In this document: piece after piece, positions 19,378 to 29,062 of the stretch
Layout of the letters: the number at the start of each line of letters is the position of its first letter
Position numbering within the stretch: the stretch's first letter is position 1
IMG/VR virus record: IMGVR_UViG_3300020158_000005
Span: 1-64,000 of that record
DNA length: 64,000 nucleotides
Reading direction: 5' to 3' (one strand)
Origin: a virus
Taxonomy: Duplodnaviria; Heunggongvirae; Uroviricota; Caudoviricetes
Made by a program: the position numbers and the translations under genes
Notes under the pieces: generated by a model
Databases searched by the model: none
What the model was told of the DNA's origin: nothing
What the model saw: only the letters and a program-made list of their open reading frames with translations

Positions 19378-20931
19378 ATGGCAATTCAAACAATTCCAGG
19401 TCTTTCTGGGTTTACCTACGCAAGGGTAGCCTCAATGGACAAACGTGCCGTTGGTAAATTAACAGATACCAACCACTTAGAAAGTTTTCACAACACCGAG
19501 CCTGCTGATTACGATAAGAAAATCATTAGCTTGTATACCCAAAGTTCATTGTACTCCAATGATTTCTTGGATATGATTAACAAGAGCAAGCCTTTCTATA
19601 TCAGCAACAACAGTGATGCATGGAAGTGGGACGTACAAGTTCCTTACAAATTCCCTAAAATCATTGAAGTACCTACACGTACTACTGACTTAAGCAAGCC
19701 TGGTATTGATGGTCAAGAATTCTGGTTAGTATTAGACACTAACGAATTCAGCAAAAATAGCGTTGTTTCTGTAGGTACTCGTCAATACGGTCCTCGTTTC
19801 TATGCTATCGCTGACCCTGTTCCTTTTAACGCAGGTTTCTTATACACCTTTACTTTAGTATCTGAGAATCCTACAGTAGATTTCGTTCCTGCTAAGTTCT
19901 TACAAGTTGGTTTGGAATTGGAATTGATTGACGGTGTTATCGGTGAGTTCGACCAAGATTTGTTAGGTTTACCTCGTCTTGGTGAGAAAATCACAATGTT
20001 TGAATCTTTATCTTCTGGATATGGTTTCGAGCACAAAATTACAGAATGGGCTGATGACAGAATGATGAAAGATGCTTCTGGTAAAGCTTTGGATATTTTA
20101 GTATATGCCCCTCAACGCAGAAATGAAATGCCTCTTACTCGTAACGATGTTAAGTGGGAACCATTTATTGAGTTCTGGATGCGTAAATCTATGCTTGAAT
20201 TAAAAGTTAAGCGTATGATTTGGGGTAAACCTGGTACTGTTAAATCTAGCGGTAGCAAGCAAGAAGTTAAACGTTTATCTGCTGGTGTATATCACAGAAT
20301 GCGTAATAATGGTAACTTGGTACAGTACAATCGTGGTGAGTTCTCTGCTAACTTGTTACGTTCAGTGTTTGGAGATTTGTTCTACAGACGTGTGGATGTT
20401 AAAGACCGTAGAGTGAAAATGTACACTAACGAAGCTGGTTTTGACGTGTTCCAACAAGCTTTGAAATCAGATGCTTTAAATTCTGGTTTAACTATTATGG
20501 CTGATGGAAGTCCTAAATACATTCAAGGTGAAGGACAACATCTTACTTATAACTGGGCTTTTGATAGCATGGTTACAAGAGAAACTGGTAAGATTGAGTT
20601 GGTTCACTTGAAAGAGTTGGATTTACCTCAGACTAACCTAGAGTTCGGTCAGAATAAAAAATCTACTCCTGTATTCTTCGTGTTTGACGTTTCTCCTACA
20701 AGCGATGGCTCTATGGTAAACAACATTCGTGAAGTAAGAATGGAGGGTGCTCCTTCAATGACTTGGGGATATATTGACGGTACTCGTCACCACTTAGGTT
20801 TCGCTAAATCTCAAGGTATGAGCTCTGCGAGCAAATTCCCTGGATACGAAATCTGGATGAAAGACCGTTGTGATGTATTCATCGAAGACTTGTCTCGTAC
20901 AGTGTTAATCGAAGAAATTCCTCAATTCTAA
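19378..20931 (+). CDS. major capsid protein candidate
   Basis: 517 aa; higher-GC, high-expression-type codon usage (cgt/ggt/gct/tct); followed by a strong terminator. Confidence 0.55.
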   Translation: MAIQTIPGLSGFTYARVASMDKRAVGKLTDTNHLESFHNTEPADYDKKIISLYTQSSLYSNDFLDMINKSKPFYISNNSDAWKWDVQVPYKFPKIIEVPTRTTDLSKPGIDGQEFWLVLDTNEFSKNSVVSVGTRQYGPRFYAIADPVPFNAGFLYTFTLVSENPTVDFVPAKFLQVGLELELIDGVIGEFDQDLLGLPRLGEKITMFESLSSGYGFEHKITEWADDRMMKDASGKALDILVYAPQRRNEMPLTRNDVKWEPFIEFWMRKSMLELKVKRMIWGKPGTVKSSGSKQEVKRLSAGVYHRMRNNGNLVQYNRGEFSANLLRSVFGDLFYRRVDVKDRRVKMYTNEAGFDVFQQALKSDALNSGLTIMADGSPKYIQGEGQHLTYNWAFDSMVTRETGKIELVHLKELDLPQTNLEFGQNKKSTPVFFVFDVSPTSDGSMVNNIREVRMEGAPSMTWGYIDGTRHHLGFAKSQGMSSASKFPGYEIWMKDRCDVFIEDLSRTVLIEEIPQF

Positions 20932-20995
20932 TAACTACTAACCTATGAAAAAAGGCGGAAAAAAAGGTGGCAAAAAAGGCTGCTAAATACCTACC

Positions 20996-21050
20996 GAAGA
21001 GAGAGGCACTATATCCCTCACTTGTGTCTCTCTCTTCAAATTATTTTTCA
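20996..21050 (+). terminator. rho-independent terminator after the capsid gene
   Basis: 10-bp stem GAAGAGAGAG/CTCTCTCTTC with a 22-nt loop, then AAATTATTTTT. Confidence 0.55.
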
Positions 21051-21138
21051 CAGAGATGGTAATAGGGTAATAACCTATTGACAGGGTTTCAACACTCACT
21101 TCTCTGCTAATAGTCTTAAAAGACACAATAAACTACAT

Positions 21139-22116
21139 ATGGGCAAAATCGTAAAGATTTCTACAATCAAGAAAGAACTCTCTAATAGAGACGGTGTACA
21201 AACAATGCAACATGGGTTAGCCGCTAAAGGTTTAACTCGTACTCCTGGTACTGGTGTTTTTAAGTTTCCTTACAAAATTACTGGTAATAAGTATCAAACT
21301 GGTCTAGACGAAAACGCTGAATATATTAAGCGTATTCAAGACCCTGCTGAAAGAGAAGCAGAAAAAGAAAGAGTAATTAAGTGGCGAAAAGAAATTGCTG
21401 ATGAATTGGGTATTGATGAAAAAGACCTAGCTCCTACAAGCAAATTCTGGAACTACACTCTATATCAGGAAGGTATTGATGAAATGCATGTTACTCCAGT
21501 AAAGTTAATGGATGGAGATAACTTCTACAACCTTGATAACATTAAAGAAAAAATCGCATTTGCTTGGCTACGTGTACATCCTACAATAGCATCTTCTTTC
21601 CAAGCTTACGAAAGAGGAGACTTTGGACCAGATGTTTTATTCTATGTAGCTGACGATGAAATTGATAACACTGTAATGTTTAAGAAGAAACAACTTGTCA
21701 ACAAAGCAATCGCTGAGTGGGATGACATGGTTCCTTCTAAACGTAGAAAAATTGCTAGGTTAATGGGATTACCTGTTAGTGAAGATAGTAAAGATGAGAT
21801 TGTTTACAACTTAGTAGACAACGTTATTAAAACTTCTGAAATTAAAACAGGGGAATACAAAGGAACTAATCCTGTAGCACTCTTTAACAGATTCTCCCAT
21901 ATGAAGGAAAACCTTTTAGAGACCAATGACTTAGTAGAACAGGCTATCGCCCATAACATCTACCGAATTAAGCAAGGTAATAAGATATACGAAGGCGAAT
22001 ACAAAGTAGCTGATAGTAAAGCTGAGTGGGTGGAATTCCTTATAGACGATGATAATCAAGAAGACTTATTAGCTCTTAAGGATAAATTAAAAATGAAAAA
22101 ATTAGCATCTGTATAA
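21139..22116 (+). CDS. virion structural protein (hypothetical)
   Basis: 325-aa ORF in the capsid/tail module. Confidence 0.5.
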   Translation: MGKIVKISTIKKELSNRDGVQTMQHGLAAKGLTRTPGTGVFKFPYKITGNKYQTGLDENAEYIKRIQDPAEREAEKERVIKWRKEIADELGIDEKDLAPTSKFWNYTLYQEGIDEMHVTPVKLMDGDNFYNLDNIKEKIAFAWLRVHPTIASSFQAYERGDFGPDVLFYVADDEIDNTVMFKKKQLVNKAIAEWDDMVPSKRRKIARLMGLPVSEDSKDEIVYNLVDNVIKTSEIKTGEYKGTNPVALFNRFSHMKENLLETNDLVEQAIAHNIYRIKQGNKIYEGEYKVADSKAEWVEFLIDDDNQEDLLALKDKLKMKKLASV

Positions 22117-22844
22117 TGATTCCAGTAGATAGTATATTATATAAAATTGACCAAAAATTAAATAAACTATCTTCCAACGCACATCAACAGATACCATTAG
22201 AAGATAAGATATTAGCTGTCAATGAAGCACAAATCAAACTCATAAAACAAAAGTTAGATAGTAACAATGTTTTAGGGGGCGGATTTGATGCTTTCAAGAA
22301 AAGATATGAAGATTTACAGAGATTGGTCGAAAGTTATAACGACCACTCTCTTAAATTAAAGCTGACAGATAAATACTTAAATAAGTATGTAGCGAGCTTA
22401 GAAAAGCTAACTCCTGCTTATATGTTTTATGTCGATAGTTACATTATTGCTGATAAGGGTGAGTGCAAAGACAGGTTAATCTGGGTGAATAAAGACCTAG
22501 CTAAACATGCTGATGTAGGTGTTATTTTAAACACAACTCATTTCAAACCCAGCTTTGAATATCAAGAAACGTTTTGTATACTTTCTTCAGATGAAATAGG
22601 TGTATATACAGATGGAAGTTTTACACCAAAGGAATTAAAAATATCATACATACGCTATCCTAAATACATTGATAAAGAGGGATACGTTAAATTAGATGGT
22701 AAAGATTCCGTAAACCAAGATTGTGAGTTAAAGAATTACCTGGAAGATGAACTAGTGGACCTCACTGTACAAGCTTTAGCTATGTACACAGAAAATCAAC
22801 CTGCTGCTCAGTCTGCACAAGTAAGAATTAACACAAACGAATAA
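22116..22844 (+). CDS. virion structural protein (hypothetical)
   Basis: 242 aa, start overlaps the upstream stop. Confidence 0.5.
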   Translation: MIPVDSILYKIDQKLNKLSSNAHQQIPLEDKILAVNEAQIKLIKQKLDSNNVLGGGFDAFKKRYEDLQRLVESYNDHSLKLKLTDKYLNKYVASLEKLTPAYMFYVDSYIIADKGECKDRLIWVNKDLAKHADVGVILNTTHFKPSFEYQETFCILSSDEIGVYTDGSFTPKELKISYIRYPKYIDKEGYVKLDGKDSVNQDCELKNYLEDELVDLTVQALAMYTENQPAAQSAQVRINTNE

Positions 22845-22883
22845 CTATCCATAAACCTTTTTAAACATATAAAATAATAAATA

Positions 22884-24200
22884 ATGTCTGATTATTCTCT
22901 TACAACCCTCTTCGTTGTCCCTGTGGGCAACTCATTACCTACCACTGGCGGTCCACAAGATTTGGCTGCTGGACAGTTTGGTATTTTCTTGGACACATAC
23001 GCTGTTGCCAACGCTGGTAACATTGCTGCTGCTCCATATTTTTACTTAGCTCAAGGTAGAACTAATACTTATTTACAAGGAAGCAAACGTTCTGATAAGA
23101 TTTCTGCTGCTGGTGTTATTAACTGGTACAAATCTTCTGGAAGTTCTGCTGTAGCAACTACTCAAGCAACTACCACCACTGGGGTTACTTCAGGAAGTGC
23201 TTCTGTTACATTAGGTGCATCTAACTCTAACATCGTAGTTGGACAGATTGTAACTGGTACAGGTATCCCTGCAGGTACAATTGTTAGTGCTATTTCTGGT
23301 ACTGCTCTTACATTGTCTCAAAATGCTACTGCTTCTGCAGGTGGTGTTGCTGTTACTTTGACTTTTGCAGGTACAGAAATTGTTCAACTCTCTAGTTTTA
23401 GTGTTCAGCCTGGTGAAGATGTGTCTTTGACACTTCGTGCTCACTCTAGCTATATCGACACATTATACTTCAATGGTTTCACTCGTTCAGTGACTGTTGC
23501 TGCTGCTTGTTTAGATTGTGGTGGAGACCCTTGCACTGATTTAGATGCTCAAGCTTTCGTAGATAGTTTAATTGTAGCTCTTAATGCAGGTGCTCCTGGT
23601 ATTAACCCTGATAATATTAGTTTAGCTAAGTTCTTCTATTTCAACCGTGTTGGAACAGGCTCTAGCTCTAAATTGATTATCACTGCGAAACCACTTACTG
23701 CATATGGTCAACCATGTGACGTAGCTGCTTTCCCTTATGAGTATGACAGACTTTGGTTCAGAGCTTTCATCTATGCTGGTCCAGCAACAACTGCTGACTT
23801 CATCGTAGCTGACAACTGTAACCTAGTAGCTACTGTTGCTTATTTGCAACGTTCTTTCTATCCTCAAGGAACTTCTGACCAAGTTAAACAATTAGAGAAA
23901 AACTTGTATAGCTATCAAGCTGGTTACTTGAAGCACTTATACAGAATGGCTGGATTTAACGAGAACTTCGAGTCTTGGGTAACTGATGGCACTGTATATG
24001 ATATTTTCTATGTGAAATATAAACCTTATGGCATTAACTATGCTTGGGGTGAATATATCCAAGAAGATGCTATGGACATTATCGCAGTACCTACTGCAAT
24101 AAGTTCAGGAGTACAAACTGTATTGGCTGCTGCTTTAGGAACTCCTCCAAGTTATTCTGGAAGTGTGCCTCCAATAAATTCTTCTCCAATTATTCCTTAA
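22884..24200 (+). CDS. abundant structural protein (Ala/Thr/Ser/Gly-rich)
   Basis: 438 aa; high-expression codon usage like the capsid gene; followed by a very strong terminator. Confidence 0.55.
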   Translation: MSDYSLTTLFVVPVGNSLPTTGGPQDLAAGQFGIFLDTYAVANAGNIAAAPYFYLAQGRTNTYLQGSKRSDKISAAGVINWYKSSGSSAVATTQATTTTGVTSGSASVTLGASNSNIVVGQIVTGTGIPAGTIVSAISGTALTLSQNATASAGGVAVTLTFAGTEIVQLSSFSVQPGEDVSLTLRAHSSYIDTLYFNGFTRSVTVAAACLDCGGDPCTDLDAQAFVDSLIVALNAGAPGINPDNISLAKFFYFNRVGTGSSSKLIITAKPLTAYGQPCDVAAFPYEYDRLWFRAFIYAGPATTADFIVADNCNLVATVAYLQRSFYPQGTSDQVKQLEKNLYSYQAGYLKHLYRMAGFNENFESWVTDGTVYDIFYVKYKPYGINYAWGEYIQEDAMDIIAVPTAISSGVQTVLAAALGTPPSYSGSVPPINSSPIIP

Positions 24201-24226
24201 TAATAATTTTAGTTAAACTATCCATA

Positions 24227-24270
24227 GGGGAAAAGGAAATATCTAATTCCTTTTCCCCTTTTTTGTTTTT
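24227..24270 (+). terminator. rho-independent terminator
   Basis: 11-bp stem GGGGAAAAGGA/TCCTTTTCCCC followed by TTTTTTGTTTTT. Confidence 0.75.
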
Positions 24271-24285
24271 AAATTAATTACCTTT

Positions 24286-24819
24286 ATGGCAGATTTCAAT
24301 ATCTACTTCCCTATAGAAGTAAATTTAGAAGGAGCAGCTTACGAAAATGTTCCTGGTGATTCTGGAGGCTGCACTAAGTTTGGATTAACTCTTGATGATA
24401 TTAGAGAATACCATGTAGATATTAATCATGATGGTGTATTTGATTGTAAGGATGTAGCTTCACTAGATAGACCTTTAGCAGGTAAAGTATTAAAAGCTGT
24501 ATATTGGGACTATTTTAAAGCTGACCAAATTCCTGACCAAGAGTTAGCAATGTATATTGTAGACTCAGGATTAAATCAGGGAAGGGTATTAATAGTGAAA
24601 TACATTCAGGGTATTATAGGTGTTGAAGTAGATGGTCATTATGGACCTCAAACATTTAATACGTTATTAGAACATATCAAAAGAGATAGTGGAAAGGATG
24701 AATATGATGCTTTATATCAGAAAAGATTAGATAGATACAATGCTATTGTAGCAGCTAGACCAGACCAAGCTAAGTTCTTGAAAGGTTGGATGAATAGACT
24801 AAATGCAATAAAATATTAA
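24286..24819 (+). CDS. GH108-family N-acetylmuramidase with a PG_binding_3-like C-terminus (lysin)
   Basis: NLEGAAYENVPGDSGGCTKFGLT matches the GH108 EGGY...DxGGxTxxGIT signature; C-terminal GVEVDGHYGPQTFNTL is peptidoglycan-binding-like. Confidence 0.7.
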   Translation: MADFNIYFPIEVNLEGAAYENVPGDSGGCTKFGLTLDDIREYHVDINHDGVFDCKDVASLDRPLAGKVLKAVYWDYFKADQIPDQELAMYIVDSGLNQGRVLIVKYIQGIIGVEVDGHYGPQTFNTLLEHIKRDSGKDEYDALYQKRLDRYNAIVAARPDQAKFLKGWMNRLNAIKY

Positions 24820-24821
24820 AA

Positions 24822-25367
24822 ATGGCAGTTACAACACCGATATTAGATTTACTACTTATAGATACGCATAGTGCTAAAAGTATAGGTATTTCTGATTTCT
24901 CACAATACCCAACAAACTATTCGATTATTTCTCCTACATTAGAAATAACAGCTTCAGGATTTTCTCCTGTTACAATTCCATTCACTGTTAATAGCATTAA
25001 CATTTTTACTTCTTTAAACCTTAACATCACATGTGGTGGACAAGAAATAGAAGACCTTCCTGATGGAATCTATACAATTAAATATTCTATAGCTCCTGCT
25101 TATATAAATAATGTTACACGTAGCTTTATTAGAATAGAAAAGTTACAAGAGAAATTTGATACAGCTTTTATGAAATTAGACATCCTTCAATGCGATGGTC
25201 CATTAAGAGCCCAAAAAGAAGAGGAGTTAAACAGTATTTACTACTATATTCAGGAAGCTGTAGCTTGTGCAAATAAGAATGCTCCTGACCTAGCTTTAAA
25301 ATTATATAAGAAAGCAGATAAAATGCTAAATTATTTTATACAACATAAATGTAATTGTCATGGCTAA
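24822..25367 (+). CDS. hypothetical structural protein
   Basis: 181-aa ORF. Confidence 0.45.
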   Translation: MAVTTPILDLLLIDTHSAKSIGISDFSQYPTNYSIISPTLEITASGFSPVTIPFTVNSINIFTSLNLNITCGGQEIEDLPDGIYTIKYSIAPAYINNVTRSFIRIEKLQEKFDTAFMKLDILQCDGPLRAQKEEELNSIYYYIQEAVACANKNAPDLALKLYKKADKMLNYFIQHKCNCHG

Positions 25368-25466
25368 TTGTAAAGTGTGTGATGCTCCTGTAGGATGCTC
25401 ATGCAATCTTATCCAAGGAATGTGCCCTTCTTGTTATAGTGTTTCACTACAAACTAACAAACCATA

Positions 25467-25733
25467 ATGCTCACTGTACGTATAACATCAAATTCTAGTT
25501 GTGCTAACATAATTGATTTACTATCTGAAATAGATGGTAAATTATTTTATTATGGGAAGAACCATTGGAATAACATTAGTTTATTATTAAACTTAAACTA
25601 CGATAAGGTAGCTATTAATAAACTATTACACTACAAAAGAATTCTAACAAAGCGTCTGTACAATCCAAACTATGCATGCGATGTGGAATTAAACCAAATT
25701 ATATCTCAGATAAAAATCTATTTAAATAAATAA
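25467..25733 (+). CDS. hypothetical protein
   Basis: 88-aa ORF. Confidence 0.4.
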   Translation: MLTVRITSNSSCANIIDLLSEIDGKLFYYGKNHWNNISLLLNLNYDKVAINKLLHYKRILTKRLYNPNYACDVELNQIISQIKIYLNK

Positions 25734-25735
25734 TT

Positions 25736-26770
25736 ATGCCTTGTACAGACTGCTTTAACGGATGTGCAGAAGTTATATCAGACAAATGTGTTAAATATAC
25801 AGGTGCTGATAATCCTGCTTTACCTATATGCCAAGGTGATTCTCTCTATCAATTAGAGCAAGTTATCATCACTAAACTATTAGCAGCCGCTAATGGTACA
25901 GGAATTGTTCTTGACACACCACTTAGTTGTACTTTCCTTACTACTTTGTTAAATGGTGCTGATAAAACCCTAGCTACTTTGTTAGATGTTTATCAACAAG
26001 CCATTTGTTCTTTAAAGTCAGACGTAACTTCTTTGCAAGCTGTAGTGGGAACTAGTACTTCATTCAACACTAGTTGTTTGACAGGATTACCTGCATCTCC
26101 TACAAGAGACCAAATTATCCAAGCATTACTTACAAAAGTGTGCACAATGGATACACGTCTCACTGCAATAGAGGTAGACTATGTTAAAGCTAGTCAACTT
26201 AATAGTTTAATTTCTTCTTATATTAGTGGTAATGTATCTAGTGTACAACAAAATACCAAAATGGTTCCTTATGTAGCTCTGCCTTATTTTGGACCATTAA
26301 GTAATTTTGATAACTCTGGTAAAGGATTGTCAAGTACAGGATTTGATAAAGTGTATATTTGTAATGGTAGTAATGGTACTCCTGATTTAAGAGGACGTAC
26401 TATTGTAGGTGCTATTCAAGGAGTTCCTGGGGGAGCATTAGACTCAGCAGTAGACCCAGCATTACCTGCTAATGCAGGAAACAATTATGTTCTCAACCAA
26501 AAGTTTGGAGCATCTTCTATTGTTTTAACATCTTCTCAAATGCCAGCCCATACGCATAGTATTACAGACCCTGGACATACTCATGATGTAGTAGGATTAG
26601 AGAAAGGAGCAGGGGATGGAAGTAATGTAGTAGGAGCTGAACCAGGTACAAAAGTAAAAACAACAAATTCTTCTATTACTAATATTTCTATTGGTTCTGC
26701 AGGAAGTTCTCAAGCACATGATAATAGACAGCCTTCTTTAGCTGGATATTTCATCATGTATTTACCATAA
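25736..26770 (+). CDS. tail fibre protein with a phage tail collar C-terminal domain
   Basis: 344 aa; C-terminus has PDLRGRTIVGA...PAHTHSITDPGHTHDV (collar-domain pattern); N-terminus MPCTDC...KCVKYTG is paralogous to the next gene. Confidence 0.65.
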   Translation: MPCTDCFNGCAEVISDKCVKYTGADNPALPICQGDSLYQLEQVIITKLLAAANGTGIVLDTPLSCTFLTTLLNGADKTLATLLDVYQQAICSLKSDVTSLQAVVGTSTSFNTSCLTGLPASPTRDQIIQALLTKVCTMDTRLTAIEVDYVKASQLNSLISSYISGNVSSVQQNTKMVPYVALPYFGPLSNFDNSGKGLSSTGFDKVYICNGSNGTPDLRGRTIVGAIQGVPGGALDSAVDPALPANAGNNYVLNQKFGASSIVLTSSQMPAHTHSITDPGHTHDVVGLEKGAGDGSNVVGAEPGTKVKTTNSSITNISIGSAGSSQAHDNRQPSLAGYFIMYLP

Positions 26771-26794
26771 TAATAACTTTTTAAAAATATACAC

Positions 26795-29062
26795 ATGCCT
26801 TGTCAAGATTGCAATAATAATACACCCTATCAGGTATATAATAACCAAACAACTTATGCTAACAGTTGTATACCTTCAGAATGTGGTGGTAAATTAACAA
26901 ATGCTAAATGTGTTTACTATTCAGGACCTACCTTACCATGTACTGGTGTAGCTGTAAATGATAGCTTAGAATTAGTTTTACAGAAGATGGATGAAAAAAT
27001 ATGTACTACTGCTGGGGATTATTCTACTTATAACACATATTGTTTAGCCCCTATTTCTACACAAAGAGAATTTGTAGAAACTATATCTTCTTATGTTTGT
27101 ACTAATAAAGCTTTGTTTGATACATTCGTAGGAACCACATTTACAGCTTATCAAGCTTCTGTAAACTCAAGATTCTTAGCTATTGAAATTCCTCTTATCA
27201 CATGTTCTTTTGCAGGAGTTACTACAGCAGATAGTTTACAAGATGTTCTTAATAAATATTGTACAGCTTTTGGTACATTGAATTCTGCCATTTCTTTAAG
27301 TGGAGTAAACTGGAGTCAATGTTTCACTATTACAACTCCACCTGCTACAATAGCTAATGCTTTCTCTTTATTAGTAGACCAAATCTGCCAAGTTAAAGCT
27401 CTATCTAGTACTCTCCCTGTATTTAACAATACAGGAAGTTGTCTTCCTAGCCCAGGCACTTCTGACACATTAGTATCTACAATAGAGAAGATTAAAACTA
27501 GACTTTGCCAAACAGGTACATTTGACTATACAGCTCTTACATTTGGTTGTGTTACCCCTCAAACAAGCTTACAAGATACTGTTCAACAAATACTTTCAAG
27601 AGTAGATGATTATATTAAAAATAAACTTACCTTCTCTGCAGATTTTGTTGTAACACAAACAGATAGTGGAAATGCATGCTTAGGTAAAACTGTAGCTCTT
27701 ACTACCCCTATAGTAGGAAATGATAAACTTGTAGCTACTTCTGCCACAGATAATACTCCTGGATACTTATTAGATAAACTTGTAGGTACGGGTGTAATCA
27801 CTGTAACAGAAATTGGTAGTAATCCTACTAAGCAATTACAAATTTCTTCTTCTGCTATTTCTACAGTGGCACATACAGATAGTTATTCTATTGCTCTTAC
27901 AGGTAGTGGAACTTCTGGTTCTCCTTTAATAGCTAATGTTAAAGTATCTGCTACAGCAGGTAATCAACTTAGTATTAATTCAGATGGTTTGTTTGTAGCT
28001 ACTTTAGCTACAACTTACACTTTTAATACAACAAATAGCATTACATTAACAAATGCAGTTAATACAATTACTGCAGATGTTAAAGTGGATAATTCAGTAC
28101 CTAACCTTATTACAGTAGGTGTTAATGGATTAGTAGTTACTCCACAAACATTTACACAAACTCCTATTTCAGTAGTAAGTACGAATAGCTTATCTTTAGC
28201 TGTAAGTGGTACTGATAATCATACTCTTACAGGTAATGTTGCTATTTCTTCCACAGTAGGTAATGCTATTACAATTAACTCTGATGGGTTATTTGTTCCT
28301 GGAGCTACAGCAATTACATTAACTACTACAGGTACTTCAGGAGCGGCTACATATGTAGGTAGTGTATTGAATATTCCTAATTATACTTCTAATGCTTACA
28401 GTGGACTTACTCAAACAGGAGTAAACATTGTACTTGGTGGTTCTTTAGCTGCTAATACTACTATTGATTCAGGTACAACTTATAGTTTTGTTGTTAAAGC
28501 TACTTTACTTTCTGCTAACCACAATGCTTGGGGAATTAGAGGTCAAGGTGTTTTGGGTTCTAATGGAACTGAAACTCAACAATTTGCTGTTACAGGTGTA
28601 TATGGACATTTAGATGTAAAAAATACAGGTGGTACATTTACAGCATATGCTCTTAGTAAACATGGTGCTTTATCAGGTACAGTATATAAATCAAGTACAG
28701 GACATTTTACAGGAATTTTATCTTCTGTAGTAGGATGTACTGAATTCCAAGATTCAGGTAATGTAACTACAGTGGCTTCCTTTAGAGCTATAGCTCCTGA
28801 ATTAACAGAAGCTACTACTTATACAGGTGCTATTACAAATGCTGTAGGTCTTTATATTGATGATATAAGTACTTCAACTGTAGTTGCTCAAATTACAAAT
28901 AAATATTCTATTTATCAAGTTGGTGCTACAGATATTAATTTACTTAATGGTAAGTTAATTATGGTAAACCTTCCTGTATATGCAGATAATACTGCTGCTG
29001 CTAGTTTACCAACAGGTCAATTCTATAGAACAGCAACAGGTGTAGTTATGGTTAGATATTAA
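26795..29062 (+). CDS. tail fibre protein (paralogous N-terminus, distinct distal domain)
   Basis: 755 aa; N-terminus MPCQDC...KCVYYSGPTLPC; periodic Cys-containing repeats; Thr/Ser/Gly/Asn-rich beta-rich C-terminus. Confidence 0.6.
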   Translation: MPCQDCNNNTPYQVYNNQTTYANSCIPSECGGKLTNAKCVYYSGPTLPCTGVAVNDSLELVLQKMDEKICTTAGDYSTYNTYCLAPISTQREFVETISSYVCTNKALFDTFVGTTFTAYQASVNSRFLAIEIPLITCSFAGVTTADSLQDVLNKYCTAFGTLNSAISLSGVNWSQCFTITTPPATIANAFSLLVDQICQVKALSSTLPVFNNTGSCLPSPGTSDTLVSTIEKIKTRLCQTGTFDYTALTFGCVTPQTSLQDTVQQILSRVDDYIKNKLTFSADFVVTQTDSGNACLGKTVALTTPIVGNDKLVATSATDNTPGYLLDKLVGTGVITVTEIGSNPTKQLQISSSAISTVAHTDSYSIALTGSGTSGSPLIANVKVSATAGNQLSINSDGLFVATLATTYTFNTTNSITLTNAVNTITADVKVDNSVPNLITVGVNGLVVTPQTFTQTPISVVSTNSLSLAVSGTDNHTLTGNVAISSTVGNAITINSDGLFVPGATAITLTTTGTSGAATYVGSVLNIPNYTSNAYSGLTQTGVNIVLGGSLAANTTIDSGTTYSFVVKATLLSANHNAWGIRGQGVLGSNGTETQQFAVTGVYGHLDVKNTGGTFTAYALSKHGALSGTVYKSSTGHFTGILSSVVGCTEFQDSGNVTTVASFRAIAPELTEATTYTGAITNAVGLYIDDISTSTVVAQITNKYSIYQVGATDINLLNGKLIMVNLPVYADNTAAASLPTGQFYRTATGVVMVRY

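Noticed and set aside
21060-21138. TTGACA hexamer at about 21080 as a sigma-70-type promoter for gene 21139
   Set aside because: The spacing to the nearest TA-rich -10-like element is about 23 bp. If the host is Bacteroidota, sigma-70 consensus is not expected anyway. I cannot support a promoter call.
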